Below, piece after piece: positions 1 through 10,000 of a DNA stretch of 45,432 nt. A model generated the notes under the pieces. The model saw only the letters and a list, made by a program, of their open reading frames with translations. It was not told the origin of the DNA and searched no databases. Source of the stretch: a virus; IMG/VR virus record IMGVR_UViG_3300042261_000976, positions 68,627 through 114,058 of that record. The stretch is one strand, 5' to 3'. Made by a program: the position numbers and the translations under genes. Numbering within the stretch: the first letter of the stretch is position 1; every line of letters starts with the position of its first letter.

Positions 1-103
1 GAAATTTTTATATCAAAGAACTTTTAATAAGAGATGGAGTTGACGATGAATCTATTCAAAATGACATAAAAAATTATTTGTCAATAAAATATAATATAAC
101 TAC

Positions 104-3100
104 ATGAAAGTATTTAATATAAATGATAATTATTTCAAATATCAAAAATGTTTGTCTGGAATTACATATCAATATGTTAATGAATTAGATGACATATACG
201 CCAAAAATCTTATGGTTGGCACTAATTATTGTTTATATTGTATGTATAACGAGTTTGACATCATAAATAACTTTATGGTGAACTTATATCAAGTGGACGT
301 TTGTAGCACTTTAAATTTGGATTTAACTAAAAGATATTTTGATATAGACGGTGTTTCTCTAAGAACAGGACACAGAGTAATTCTTGTTGGTCAAACAGAT
401 AAAACACAGAACGATATTTATAATGTTGATTCTAGAGGATACCTTATATTATCAGACGAATTGGCTGACACTGGAAAAACTTGGAGATATAAAGCCTATG
501 TTAAATTAGGAGGAAATAAAAGTAAACAATTTCACTTAAAAAATTCAGGTAATAGATTTCCATTGAAGGGCGAAAAAAAGGAATTTTTAGAGGGTCATGG
601 TTATATTATAAAGAGCATATTTAATTACAATTTATTTTACGATGGACCTGTAAATCCAAAATTGATTTTTACTGATTATGAACTGGCTAGAATATCAGTT
701 AATAAAAACTACGAATTATACGATGGTTTCTATTTACCACTATTTATCACTGGTGATACTATTGATATTAAATATCATAACAGTGATTATATAATAAAAG
801 TAGATAATAATAATTCTAAATACATTTATACTGGGGTTACTTTAAGAAATACTGTTCTAAACACTGGAAGTACGGATATGTGGGGAAATTACGGTTATGA
901 AACATTCATAAAAACTAATTCCACTATATGTTCAAACGCTAATGTTTACGATTATGTAAAATTCGAGATATCTGGCAATACAAGCTTATATCTAAAAACT
1001 TTTATAAAAAGAATAGATGATCCTTATATAATCATATCAGATTATATATCTGATAATATCTTAAATGATTATTATTCGCCTAATATATCTGGTGCTAGTT
1101 ATTATAACACAACAATCGATGATTTAACTTATCCAACTTCAGGATTATGGCTAACACAAACATATGATACTTTCTTACCATATCAAGGAGGGGAATGGGT
1201 ACTACTTGAGTCTGGCGCAACTTGGTATTTGACAGGACAGGTTATTTCATATACTGGTAATACTGGTGATATTCTTATAAATATAACATATTCCAGTGTT
1301 CCTATCGGAACTAATTTTCATTGGGTTGTATCTTTAATAAGTGAACCTACTTATTATAGTTTTACTAATTTGATGTATTCTGATATTATGGATGTTGAAA
1401 ATACAATTTTAGAATCATATTATTCTAAATATTTCGATATTGATGGGGCTGGAAAATTATACCCAGCAGAAAATCTTGATAATTTATATTTTGATTATGA
1501 TGGATTAACATTCTATTTTAATACTACAGGACAATCTTTTACTACAACAAATGATTATATAAAATACAATTTATATAATCATCTCAATAAAATAAATCCA
1601 TATTTATTTGATACCGGATATACTTTTTTGATTGATAAACAATTAAATGCGATTACTTTTACTTATGAATATTTCGATGAAAGACCAAACCCTTATATTT
1701 ATCCTAATACTATAGGTGATAGCAAAGGAACGCTTATAAAGATAATACCTTATATTTCAAGTTATGTGAATTATTTTAAAAATCACACATATGTTGCTTT
1801 GAGTGATAATACAGGAGAATATAAATCTCTTATAGTAGATCTTGTTCCAAATGAATATTTTGTCGTAGAAACATATAAATCCAATACAGGATTAACTCTT
1901 AATTATATAAAAACAATATACAATTTAAAAGAAATATCAGATATTCTTTATGATGTTTATATAAACGAAGAAAACTCATATTACAGAGTGAGAGATGACG
2001 ATATGAGAAGAAATATATGTAATGGTTACGCTTCATTTATAAGCGAGGATTTAGGAATAATAGATAATACGACCGCTTTTTTAATGCAAGATCCACAACA
2101 TAAATTCGTTCTTAAAATATACGATCCCGAGAACTCCTATAATGGTGGTGTCGTAAGATCTCCTTATGTTATAACTAGACTTGATATAACTATTCCTACA
2201 GGTGGTACTTCAGCCATATTAAAGGGTGAAGTTATGAATGATGGGGGATCAAATATAACAGAGAGAGGAATTTGTTATTCTCCAGACTCTATTAACTTTA
2301 CATGTGTTTCAGCAACGACTTTAGGATTAGGACCTTATACATGCAATATTTATCCTCTAACTCCATTATATACCTATTACTATAAAGCTTATGCTAAAAA
2401 TATTCAAGGAATTGGGTATGGCGAATTATATACTTTTACTACTTCCGATCCAAATTATACAGCTCCAACAATAACTACAGACTATGTAGTTCCATATTCT
2501 CATAAATTAACACCATATGCTGATATTGTAGATATTGGATGGCTTCCTATACTAGAGAGAGGATTTATATATCAAACAGGAATAACTACACCCACTTTGA
2601 TAGATGATTTAGTTATTGTATATCTTCCAGAAAATGGTCAAACTGGTAGTTTTTATACTGATTTGACTGGGCTTACACATTCTACAATGTATTCTATAAA
2701 TAGTTACGCTATAAATATTTGCGGCACAACTTATGGGGATACTTATCATTTAGAAACATTATATCCTTCTCCTCCTGTTATAAATACAGTAGGATATACT
2801 AATGTTACATACAATAGCATGGATGTTATATGCAATTTAATAAGTAATGACGGAGAACTAACAGATCCAATTCACGGAGTAAACCAGATGGGGGTTGTTT
2901 ATTCGAATGATCCTGTTAATTTACCAACAACAGGAAATACTGTAAGACCTTATACTCCTATATCATTCGGACAATTTATAGTAAATTTAACTGGTTTAAC
3001 TTATAGTCAAAATTATTATATTAGAGCATACGCTATGAATACTTTATATTCCGGAAACACAACCGTTTATGGTACTATGATTTTTCCACCTCCTGCAACA

Positions 3101-5023
3101 TTACCTTTGCCAGTGGCTCCTACTTTAACCAATAGTCTTTATAACTATTCAACTTATTATGCTAATGTATCAAATATATTATCATCAAATGGTGGTTCTC
3201 CCATAGTTTCTTTAGGATTATACTACGCGACCGGGGACACTGTAACGACTTCAGATACATTTTTATCAGCTAGTGGAACTACTAGTTGGATGAGTAATTT
3301 AACAGGGCTAACTGATTCTACTAAATATAGTTATATGGCTGAAGCTGTCAATTTATATGGATTGAGTGGTTATACTACAGTTACAGGATTTACTACATTA
3401 CCAATTCAAACAGCCCCAACAGGAGTAACATTAAATTGGATAACAGCTACACCTACTGGGGCAACTTTAACAGGTAATGCTATATTTGATGGGTATTCTC
3501 CAATAATAAATAAAGGAATTTTATATTCCACCTCTCCATCTCCAACTACTCCAGTTTGGAGCGGTGGATCTGGAACAGGTATGTGGACATCAAGTATAAC
3601 TGGATTAACAGTAAGTACGACTTATTATGCTAGGGCTTATGCTACTAATTCTATAGGAACAACTTATAGTAGTCCTGATGTTACATTTACAACACCATCT
3701 GGAAATTTACCACCATCTTTCAGTATAACTAGTCATACTGTAGGTGGAATATCTACTACAACAGCTACTGTAACAGCAAACATTTTAAGCGATGGCGGAG
3801 CGACAGTAACGGATAGAGGTATATGTTTCGGTTTAGTGACGCCATCAACTTGTTGGAATGGTGGGACAGGTGCTGGTATATATTCAGTTATATTGTCAGG
3901 ATTAACTTTAGGAACTACATATTATGTCAAAGCATATGCTACAAATTCAGAAGGAACTACATATACATCAACTATTAGTTTTAATACTTCATCTATGGTT
4001 GTACCAACTGTTACATTAGATAGTGTAAGTGATATAACTTTGACTGGAGTCACATTGAATAGTAATGTAGTTAGTGATGGATATTCTCCAGTTATTGCTA
4101 GAGGATGTTTAGTAGATGATGGAGTAACTCCAGTTTACTGGCCGAACGGAACAGGAACAGGAGTATTTGTTACTGCAATAACAGGATTAACTCAAAACAC
4201 ATCTTATACTGGGATTTCATATGCTGAAAATTCTATAGGCACTGCTTGGAGTGATTATAAATATTTTAACACTTTAGTAGAAAATGACGTGTCTGTATCT
4301 GTAGATATATTGAGCGCATCTTCGGCTAGTCCTTATTTATATCAGGTAGGAGATTCTAAAAATGATTTAATTGTAAAAGTAGAAATAACAACAATAAATG
4401 AACCTCCATCAAATCTATTTGATGGTGATGCTACTTTTACGTCTGGTATTACTGTTATGACATGGGGAAGTGGAGTTAAAACAATAAATAATTCAGCTAG
4501 TCCTTTTACTTATGCTCCTCTAACAACTGAAACTAAATATTTCATAGCTAATGAAAATTGTGGAGTACCAACAGAATCTAGAACAGGTTCAGTAAGAATA
4601 GATGCTGTATATCCATATCTAACTTGCAATCGTTCTGTTAGCAATCCTATGCCGCCATCTAATTCTACTATGGCAACTTGGTGTAGTAGTGGAAGTTTCT
4701 ATACTGGAATGTTCCCATTAGGAAACGAACCGATGTTAAAGAAAATAGAACTGCCTTCTTCAAGTAAAACATATAATTATTATATTTCTAATAATAAGAA
4801 TGTGATATATTTCGCTTGTAAAGCTGATCAAACTGTCACTTCTTTATCTATTGTAAATTCTTTAGGACAAGAAATTAAGAAGCCTTGGAATGAAGTAGTG
4901 CAATGGTTAAGTTATTCTATGTCATCTTCTGGTTTAGCAAATAATTGGAATGTGCCTTATAATATTTATGGATTTATGGTCACTAATAATTTAGGTTCAA
5001 TATATGTAACATATAATTTTTAA
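104..5023 (+). CDS. Giant (1639 aa) structural protein carrying many tandem FN3/Ig-like beta-sandwich repeats; likely virion surface, fibre or decoration protein
   Basis: Repeated ~90-aa units with the signature ...DGG..I(T/L)(D/E)RG(I/F)C(Y/F/W)S...G.G.(Y/F)...(I/L)(T/S)GL...T.YY.(R/K)AYA.N..G..Y(G/S), which matches the FN3 F-strand pattern Y.F.V.A.N..G.S. S/T/G/Y/N-rich composition typical of phage fibre or adhesin proteins. The ATG at 104 begins a 4.9 kb uninterrupted frame. Confidence 0.5.
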   Translation: MKVFNINDNYFKYQKCLSGITYQYVNELDDIYAKNLMVGTNYCLYCMYNEFDIINNFMVNLYQVDVCSTLNLDLTKRYFDIDGVSLRTGHRVILVGQTDKTQNDIYNVDSRGYLILSDELADTGKTWRYKAYVKLGGNKSKQFHLKNSGNRFPLKGEKKEFLEGHGYIIKSIFNYNLFYDGPVNPKLIFTDYELARISVNKNYELYDGFYLPLFITGDTIDIKYHNSDYIIKVDNNNSKYIYTGVTLRNTVLNTGSTDMWGNYGYETFIKTNSTICSNANVYDYVKFEISGNTSLYLKTFIKRIDDPYIIISDYISDNILNDYYSPNISGASYYNTTIDDLTYPTSGLWLTQTYDTFLPYQGGEWVLLESGATWYLTGQVISYTGNTGDILINITYSSVPIGTNFHWVVSLISEPTYYSFTNLMYSDIMDVENTILESYYSKYFDIDGAGKLYPAENLDNLYFDYDGLTFYFNTTGQSFTTTNDYIKYNLYNHLNKINPYLFDTGYTFLIDKQLNAITFTYEYFDERPNPYIYPNTIGDSKGTLIKIIPYISSYVNYFKNHTYVALSDNTGEYKSLIVDLVPNEYFVVETYKSNTGLTLNYIKTIYNLKEISDILYDVYINEENSYYRVRDDDMRRNICNGYASFISEDLGIIDNTTAFLMQDPQHKFVLKIYDPENSYNGGVVRSPYVITRLDITIPTGGTSAILKGEVMNDGGSNITERGICYSPDSINFTCVSATTLGLGPYTCNIYPLTPLYTYYYKAYAKNIQGIGYGELYTFTTSDPNYTAPTITTDYVVPYSHKLTPYADIVDIGWLPILERGFIYQTGITTPTLIDDLVIVYLPENGQTGSFYTDLTGLTHSTMYSINSYAINICGTTYGDTYHLETLYPSPPVINTVGYTNVTYNSMDVICNLISNDGELTDPIHGVNQMGVVYSNDPVNLPTTGNTVRPYTPISFGQFIVNLTGLTYSQNYYIRAYAMNTLYSGNTTVYGTMIFPPPATLPLPVAPTLTNSLYNYSTYYANVSNILSSNGGSPIVSLGLYYATGDTVTTSDTFLSASGTTSWMSNLTGLTDSTKYSYMAEAVNLYGLSGYTTVTGFTTLPIQTAPTGVTLNWITATPTGATLTGNAIFDGYSPIINKGILYSTSPSPTTPVWSGGSGTGMWTSSITGLTVSTTYYARAYATNSIGTTYSSPDVTFTTPSGNLPPSFSITSHTVGGISTTTATVTANILSDGGATVTDRGICFGLVTPSTCWNGGTGAGIYSVILSGLTLGTTYYVKAYATNSEGTTYTSTISFNTSSMVVPTVTLDSVSDITLTGVTLNSNVVSDGYSPVIARGCLVDDGVTPVYWPNGTGTGVFVTAITGLTQNTSYTGISYAENSIGTAWSDYKYFNTLVENDVSVSVDILSASSASPYLYQVGDSKNDLIVKVEITTINEPPSNLFDGDATFTSGITVMTWGSGVKTINNSASPFTYAPLTTETKYFIANENCGVPTESRTGSVRIDAVYPYLTCNRSVSNPMPPSNSTMATWCSSGSFYTGMFPLGNEPMLKKIELPSSSKTYNYYISNNKNVIYFACKADQTVTSLSIVNSLGQEIKKPWNEVVQWLSYSMSSSGLANNWNVPYNIYGFMVTNNLGSIYVTYNF

Positions 5024-5038
5024 AATAAATGAAGATAA

Positions 5039-5698
5039 ATGGATTCAAAATTAAAATTTAAGCCAATAGAACTTTTAGATATAGGAATAGATAAATTAAC
5101 AAAAATTCCAATTCCTATATTGAACGATAATATTATATCTACTTTCGATATGGAAAATGGTGTGCCCACGGATTCTTTTATTCTTACTTATGATGCTTCA
5201 TCTGGATACACATTCCAGATGACTTTAACTTCCAGTGATACGATATTATTATCTTTAGATTATGGAGATGGAAGTACTGGAAGTTTTTTAATATCAACAG
5301 GAGGAACTCCAGTAACACACACATATCTAAGCGCTATAACATATACAATAACAGCGTCAGGGTGGTTAGAAAAAATTACAAATTTTATTTGCTTAAATGG
5401 TATTACACACGTAGAAATAAATAACATTAAAAAATTAAATTATTTAGATTTATCTAATAACCATTTAACTAAATTAAATTTAGACGGAATGATATACTTA
5501 AATTTTATAAATTTGGAAGACAATTATTTATCAAATGATGAAGTGGACGATATATATATAGTAGCAGATACATTTTTAACTTTTGCTGGGTATATAAATA
5601 CGGTTGGCACGAATAATGGAAAACCTTCTGTATATTCAGAAGCGTCTAGGGAAGATCTTGATTTGAATAAGAATTGGACGTTATCTTATAACTCCTAA
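5039..5698 (+). CDS. Leucine-rich-repeat (LRR) protein, possibly structural or host-interaction
   Basis: C-terminal half reads ITNFICLNGITHVEINNIKKLNYLDLSNNHLTKLNLDGMIYLNFINLEDNYLSN, i.e. tandem LxxLxLxxNxL units. It sits tightly between two FN3-repeat structural genes and has a TAAATG start context. Confidence 0.45.
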   Translation: MDSKLKFKPIELLDIGIDKLTKIPIPILNDNIISTFDMENGVPTDSFILTYDASSGYTFQMTLTSSDTILLSLDYGDGSTGSFLISTGGTPVTHTYLSAITYTITASGWLEKITNFICLNGITHVEINNIKKLNYLDLSNNHLTKLNLDGMIYLNFINLEDNYLSNDEVDDIYIVADTFLTFAGYINTVGTNNGKPSVYSEASREDLDLNKNWTLSYNS

Positions 5699-5713
5699 AA
5701 AATATATAAATAA

Positions 5714-7819
5714 ATGGCTTTTAAAGTTCAAATAGTAAATACTGAAGAAAACGCTAACAATATGATATTAGTTAGTGGATTGACTATTGAGATTGTAAAA
5801 TTAAAATATAATTGGTTATTAAATGCTACTGTTAAAAATTGTATAGTTGGCGAAGATGATTATGGACTTGTTTGGTATTCAGGTGAATGGGTATGTGGTG
5901 AATGGGTTGATGGTACATGGTATTCTGGAATATGGGATGACGGCACTTGGAAAAATGGCAAATGGTATTCTTATCTTATTGATAAGGCAAAAATTGTTGC
6001 TGGAATATTTGTCATTTTAGATAAATATTATACATATTCTCAATTCTTGAGTGGGTACTGGAAAGGCGGAGATTTTTACGATGGTATTTTTGGAGCAGAC
6101 AGAGATATTTCATCTGGAATAACATATTCTGATTTGATAAATAAAGATTTCACTTGTTCATATTGGGAAAATGGTAAATTTCATAATGGAATATTTAAAA
6201 ATTCTGTATGGGTAAATGGTATATTCTATAATGGCAATATGTCAGGATCTTATTGGATGAATGGCACATTTTACAATGGAACTTTCAATCATCATCAATG
6301 GTTTAATGGACTTTGGTATGGTGGAGATTTTCAAGAAGGAGATTGGTTCAATGGCACTTTTGATCAAATAGATGTGAATATAAAAAGTAGGTTTGGCACA
6401 GCCAATTTATATAATTCAAAAACTTCTTGGTACGGTGGCACATTTTATAATGGTGAATTTCATTCTGGTCTTAATTTAGATTCTAGTGGCAACACTATGC
6501 CAAGTATAAATAGTAGTTTAACTCATTGGTATAATGGTAATTTTAGAGGAGGTAAATGGTATGGTGGTCATTTTCACAATGGAAATTTCTATATAGGAAA
6601 TTGGTATGGTGGAGTATTTAATGACTCTTTCGGATTAATTCCTTCTTCTAAATGTATATGGCATGATGGAAATTGGTATAACGGACTATGGATGAACGGA
6701 ACTTTTTTAGATGGTCATTTTTATGATGGTATGTGGCTAGACGGAATATTCTCAGGAGGATATATTTCAACAAATATAATAGAAGGAGTGTTATTAACAC
6801 AGTCACTCGCATCAAATCCAAATTTACCTACAGTAGTAACATCTGGCGCTACTAATATAACTTCAAATAATGCAACCTTAAATGGTAGAGTTACAAATAA
6901 CGGCGGAGCAACAATATTAGATAGAGGTATTTGTTGGTCTATAAATTCTGACCCAGTAACAGGAAATACAATTAACAACTCATATTTAAATGATGGAGGA
7001 TCTATGGGTAATATTAGTATGTCAATAGGTGGTCTAACAAGTGGAACTTTATATTACTTTAGAGCTTATGCTAGAAATATAACTGGAATAACTTATGGGA
7101 ATCAAATGACATTCAATACGATTGTTGTTCCAAATTCACCTCCTTCTGTTCACACTTTAGGTGCTCTAAATATTTCTTCAGGAATAATAGACGGAACAGG
7201 AACTGCTGATGGTAAGGGAAATATCACTGATAGCACATCTAGTCCTGTTACTAGTTGTGGTATATACTACGACACTACTCCAGATCCTTATCCGTTAGGA
7301 AGTATAGCTACTGGAGTTGTTCCCGGTGGACCAAATGGTATTGGCGAATTTACAGCACAATTAACAAATCTATATCAATTAACTACATATAATATAAGAG
7401 CATTTGCTATAAATGCTGATGGTATAGGAATAGGAGAAATATATCCATTTACTACTCCGGTCGTGAGCCCAGTTACAGCTTGTGTTGTAACTACTTATGA
7501 TCCTATTCAATCTATAGCCGATACAAGTGCGGTAACTTATGCTGAAGTTTTAGATAATGGAAATGGAACAATATCTACAGTTGGAGCTTGTTGGTCAACA
7601 ACGATAAATCCAACAACATCAGATCCTCACACAATAGATCCTGGTGTAACAGGACCTTTCTATACGACAATGACAGGATTATCACCAAGCACTACATATC
7701 ACGTAAGAGCATACGCTATTAATAGCTTTGGAACATCATATGGTGAAGATAGAGTATTTACAACAACACAATTGCGTACTGTTCCTACAGTAATAATGAT
7801 AAAAAGTACACCTATATAA
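5714..7819 (+). CDS. Structural protein: N-terminal period-5 Gly/aromatic repeat domain plus C-terminal FN3-like repeats
   Basis: aa ~60-340 show a strict 5-residue periodicity ([NG]-G-x-[FW]-x, e.g. GEWVC/GEWVD/GTWYS/GIWDD/GTWKN and NGKFH/NGIFK/NGIFY/NGTFY/NGTFN/NGLWY). The C-terminal 300 aa contain three FN3-like units (RGICWS...LYYFRAYARN, TYNIRAFAINADG, TYHVRAYAINSFG) of the same type as in 104..5023. Confidence 0.45.
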   Translation: MAFKVQIVNTEENANNMILVSGLTIEIVKLKYNWLLNATVKNCIVGEDDYGLVWYSGEWVCGEWVDGTWYSGIWDDGTWKNGKWYSYLIDKAKIVAGIFVILDKYYTYSQFLSGYWKGGDFYDGIFGADRDISSGITYSDLINKDFTCSYWENGKFHNGIFKNSVWVNGIFYNGNMSGSYWMNGTFYNGTFNHHQWFNGLWYGGDFQEGDWFNGTFDQIDVNIKSRFGTANLYNSKTSWYGGTFYNGEFHSGLNLDSSGNTMPSINSSLTHWYNGNFRGGKWYGGHFHNGNFYIGNWYGGVFNDSFGLIPSSKCIWHDGNWYNGLWMNGTFLDGHFYDGMWLDGIFSGGYISTNIIEGVLLTQSLASNPNLPTVVTSGATNITSNNATLNGRVTNNGGATILDRGICWSINSDPVTGNTINNSYLNDGGSMGNISMSIGGLTSGTLYYFRAYARNITGITYGNQMTFNTIVVPNSPPSVHTLGALNISSGIIDGTGTADGKGNITDSTSSPVTSCGIYYDTTPDPYPLGSIATGVVPGGPNGIGEFTAQLTNLYQLTTYNIRAFAINADGIGIGEIYPFTTPVVSPVTACVVTTYDPIQSIADTSAVTYAEVLDNGNGTISTVGACWSTTINPTTSDPHTIDPGVTGPFYTTMTGLSPSTTYHVRAYAINSFGTSYGEDRVFTTTQLRTVPTVIMIKSTPI

Positions 7820-7820
7820 T

Positions 7821-8897
7821 ATGGCAAATTTAAAAAGTATAAGTAATGTAGCACAAATAACAAACACAGGAGCTCTTGGTATAATAGATAAAGGGTTTTG
7901 TTACTCTACTACCGACACAAGTCCATCAATAGGGGCCCCAAATTGTACTCAATGGAGCTCTTCTGTATCTATAGATCCAAATGGTGTTTTCACGGATACT
8001 ATAACAGGTTTGACGCAATCAACAAAATATTGGATAAATTCTTATGCTATAAATTCGCTTGGTACTTCATATTCTATTGGATCAACACAATCTGTAACAA
8101 CAACTGGAATTAGTACTTATCCAACTATAACTGTTTATATTAAAAAATTAGTAGGATTAGATAATCAAAGATCTTTTGAAATTGGTACTAGTACTAATTT
8201 AACTGTATCTGGAGAAACTGTTAAAAATGATGAAAATATATTTATAAGTGGTCATGAGGATCAAATACTACCTACTTTTGTTGATAATGTATCACAGTGG
8301 ACTGGTTATCAAGCAACATATACAAATACAAAACCCGTAAATTTTTATCCAAAGTCTTTTTCCAATACTTATATAGAACCAACTGCTTGGACGATGAAAC
8401 ACACAGCTTATCAAACATGCGGAGATCCACAATATATTATAACAGCCACGACAACAGTAGATGGAGTATTTCCTTTTTTGTGGGTAATAAAAAATCAGTT
8501 TTATCCTCTACCTTCTACTGTTCCTAATTATTTTGATCCTGGAAATAACACACCAAATAATTATTTTTATAAAGATGCTTCCACTCCTAGTCTTACCAGT
8601 GGTAAATTAGTGGAATCTAAAGGCACTAAATCTTTTGTAATGCAGCCAAGTGGAGCCAATGTTTGTTTGAGTTTAGGTTTTCCATATTATTACTATAATG
8701 GAGCTGGTAGCGTTGAATGTAGTTTGGATGGAACAAATTGGTTTCAGCCGTCGAATATGATCGTACGTAATGTTAATACTGGATGGTATAGTTATAATCT
8801 TGGGATTTACAGTTCTTGGAATTTCTCATATAATATAATACAGTACACTTTTGCTGAAACGGGAAAAGCTTTAACATTTATGATTAAATTTATTTAA
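7821..8897 (+). CDS. Structural protein with N-terminal FN3-like unit and C-terminal beta-rich domain
   Basis: N-terminus reads IDKGFCYST...TGLTQSTKYWINSYAINSLGTSYS, the same repeat unit as the two upstream genes. The start is 2 nt after the stop of the previous gene, so they are translationally coupled. Confidence 0.4.
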   Translation: MANLKSISNVAQITNTGALGIIDKGFCYSTTDTSPSIGAPNCTQWSSSVSIDPNGVFTDTITGLTQSTKYWINSYAINSLGTSYSIGSTQSVTTTGISTYPTITVYIKKLVGLDNQRSFEIGTSTNLTVSGETVKNDENIFISGHEDQILPTFVDNVSQWTGYQATYTNTKPVNFYPKSFSNTYIEPTAWTMKHTAYQTCGDPQYIITATTTVDGVFPFLWVIKNQFYPLPSTVPNYFDPGNNTPNNYFYKDASTPSLTSGKLVESKGTKSFVMQPSGANVCLSLGFPYYYYNGAGSVECSLDGTNWFQPSNMIVRNVNTGWYSYNLGIYSSWNFSYNIIQYTFAETGKALTFMIKFI

Positions 8898-8945
8898 AAT
8901 TAAAAAAAAAAATTAATATATAACGAAAAATTTAATTTTGCAAAA

Positions 8946-9983
8946 ATGGATAATTATATACTAAAGTATGGAAACTACAAGATAAATGAAGGCAAGGAAT
9001 CTATTGAATTTCCTTTGTTTATATCTAATAAGCTAAGAAAGATATTACAAAAGATAATAACAGAACCCATAGCTAAAAAACTTCTAGAAACTAAAAATTC
9101 TATAGATATATCTTGGATAGATGCAGATCCAGATAGTAAAAGTGTATCTTATTTTCCATTAGACAGAATAAATAGAATAACATCAGATGCTCCAATTGAA
9201 ACAACATTAGAATTGTTAGCAAAATATTGGCCAACAAATCCTCCAGATGATTCAGATTTATGGAAAAGTAAATATAGACAAAGCATGTCTTGGGGAAAAT
9301 TAATTAATAAATTATTCCCTAATGAATTTTCAAACATGGACATCGATCGTTTCTATAATAGATATCGCCCGGAAATTGATGCAAGCAAAGGAGATGAAAG
9401 ATTTGAAGTAGTTCACGGCGACGATATTCGTTACTGGTATCATGAAGATAGATATAACGGAGGTTTGGGTTCTTGTATGAGACATAGCTCTTGTCAGAAC
9501 TATTTTGGTATATACACAAATAACCCTGACAAATGTGGGCTTTTAATATATCATGATGATGTTAAAAGTAAACTAATATTAGGTAGGGGTCTTGTGTGGC
9601 AAGGTTTATTAAAACCAAGCGGTGATACTCAAGAAAATAAAGAACAATATACATTATTAGATAGAGTGTATGTAGTTAGTGGAAGACCTGATCTAGAAAA
9701 TATATTTCATAAATATGCTATAGATCACGATTGGATATATAAAAAGAATAATGAATCATTTTTAATGAATGGAGTTAGAAAAACAACTTCAGTATCAATA
9801 CGTTTAAAACCAGTAGAGTATAAACAATATCCTTATATGGATACAATGATTTATTATACTCCAGCTACTGGAAGGGCGGCTTCATCTCCTGGAAATCCAG
9901 GAAGAGATCCTAATAATCCTTCTAAAATGTTTCAAAGATATACATTAAGGAGTCAGCATGGAGGAGCAGACGCTGTAAGATAA
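8946..9983 (+). CDS. Tandem paralog family member 1 (unknown function; CTS-like N-terminus)
   Basis: Shares conserved blocks with the next three ORFs: GRQ.MS.GKLINKLF, G(E/D)DIRYWY, GSCM(R/K), NP(E/D)KCGLLI, GRALVW, MDR(I/V)Y, LKP.EYKQYPYMDT, TGR(L/A)AS. N-terminus MDNYILKYGNYKINE resembles T4 CTS MKTYQEFIAE. Confidence 0.55.
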   Translation: MDNYILKYGNYKINEGKESIEFPLFISNKLRKILQKIITEPIAKKLLETKNSIDISWIDADPDSKSVSYFPLDRINRITSDAPIETTLELLAKYWPTNPPDDSDLWKSKYRQSMSWGKLINKLFPNEFSNMDIDRFYNRYRPEIDASKGDERFEVVHGDDIRYWYHEDRYNGGLGSCMRHSSCQNYFGIYTNNPDKCGLLIYHDDVKSKLILGRGLVWQGLLKPSGDTQENKEQYTLLDRVYVVSGRPDLENIFHKYAIDHDWIYKKNNESFLMNGVRKTTSVSIRLKPVEYKQYPYMDTMIYYTPATGRAASSPGNPGRDPNNPSKMFQRYTLRSQHGGADAVR

Positions 9984-10000
9984 AAAAAAAAATAAAAACA

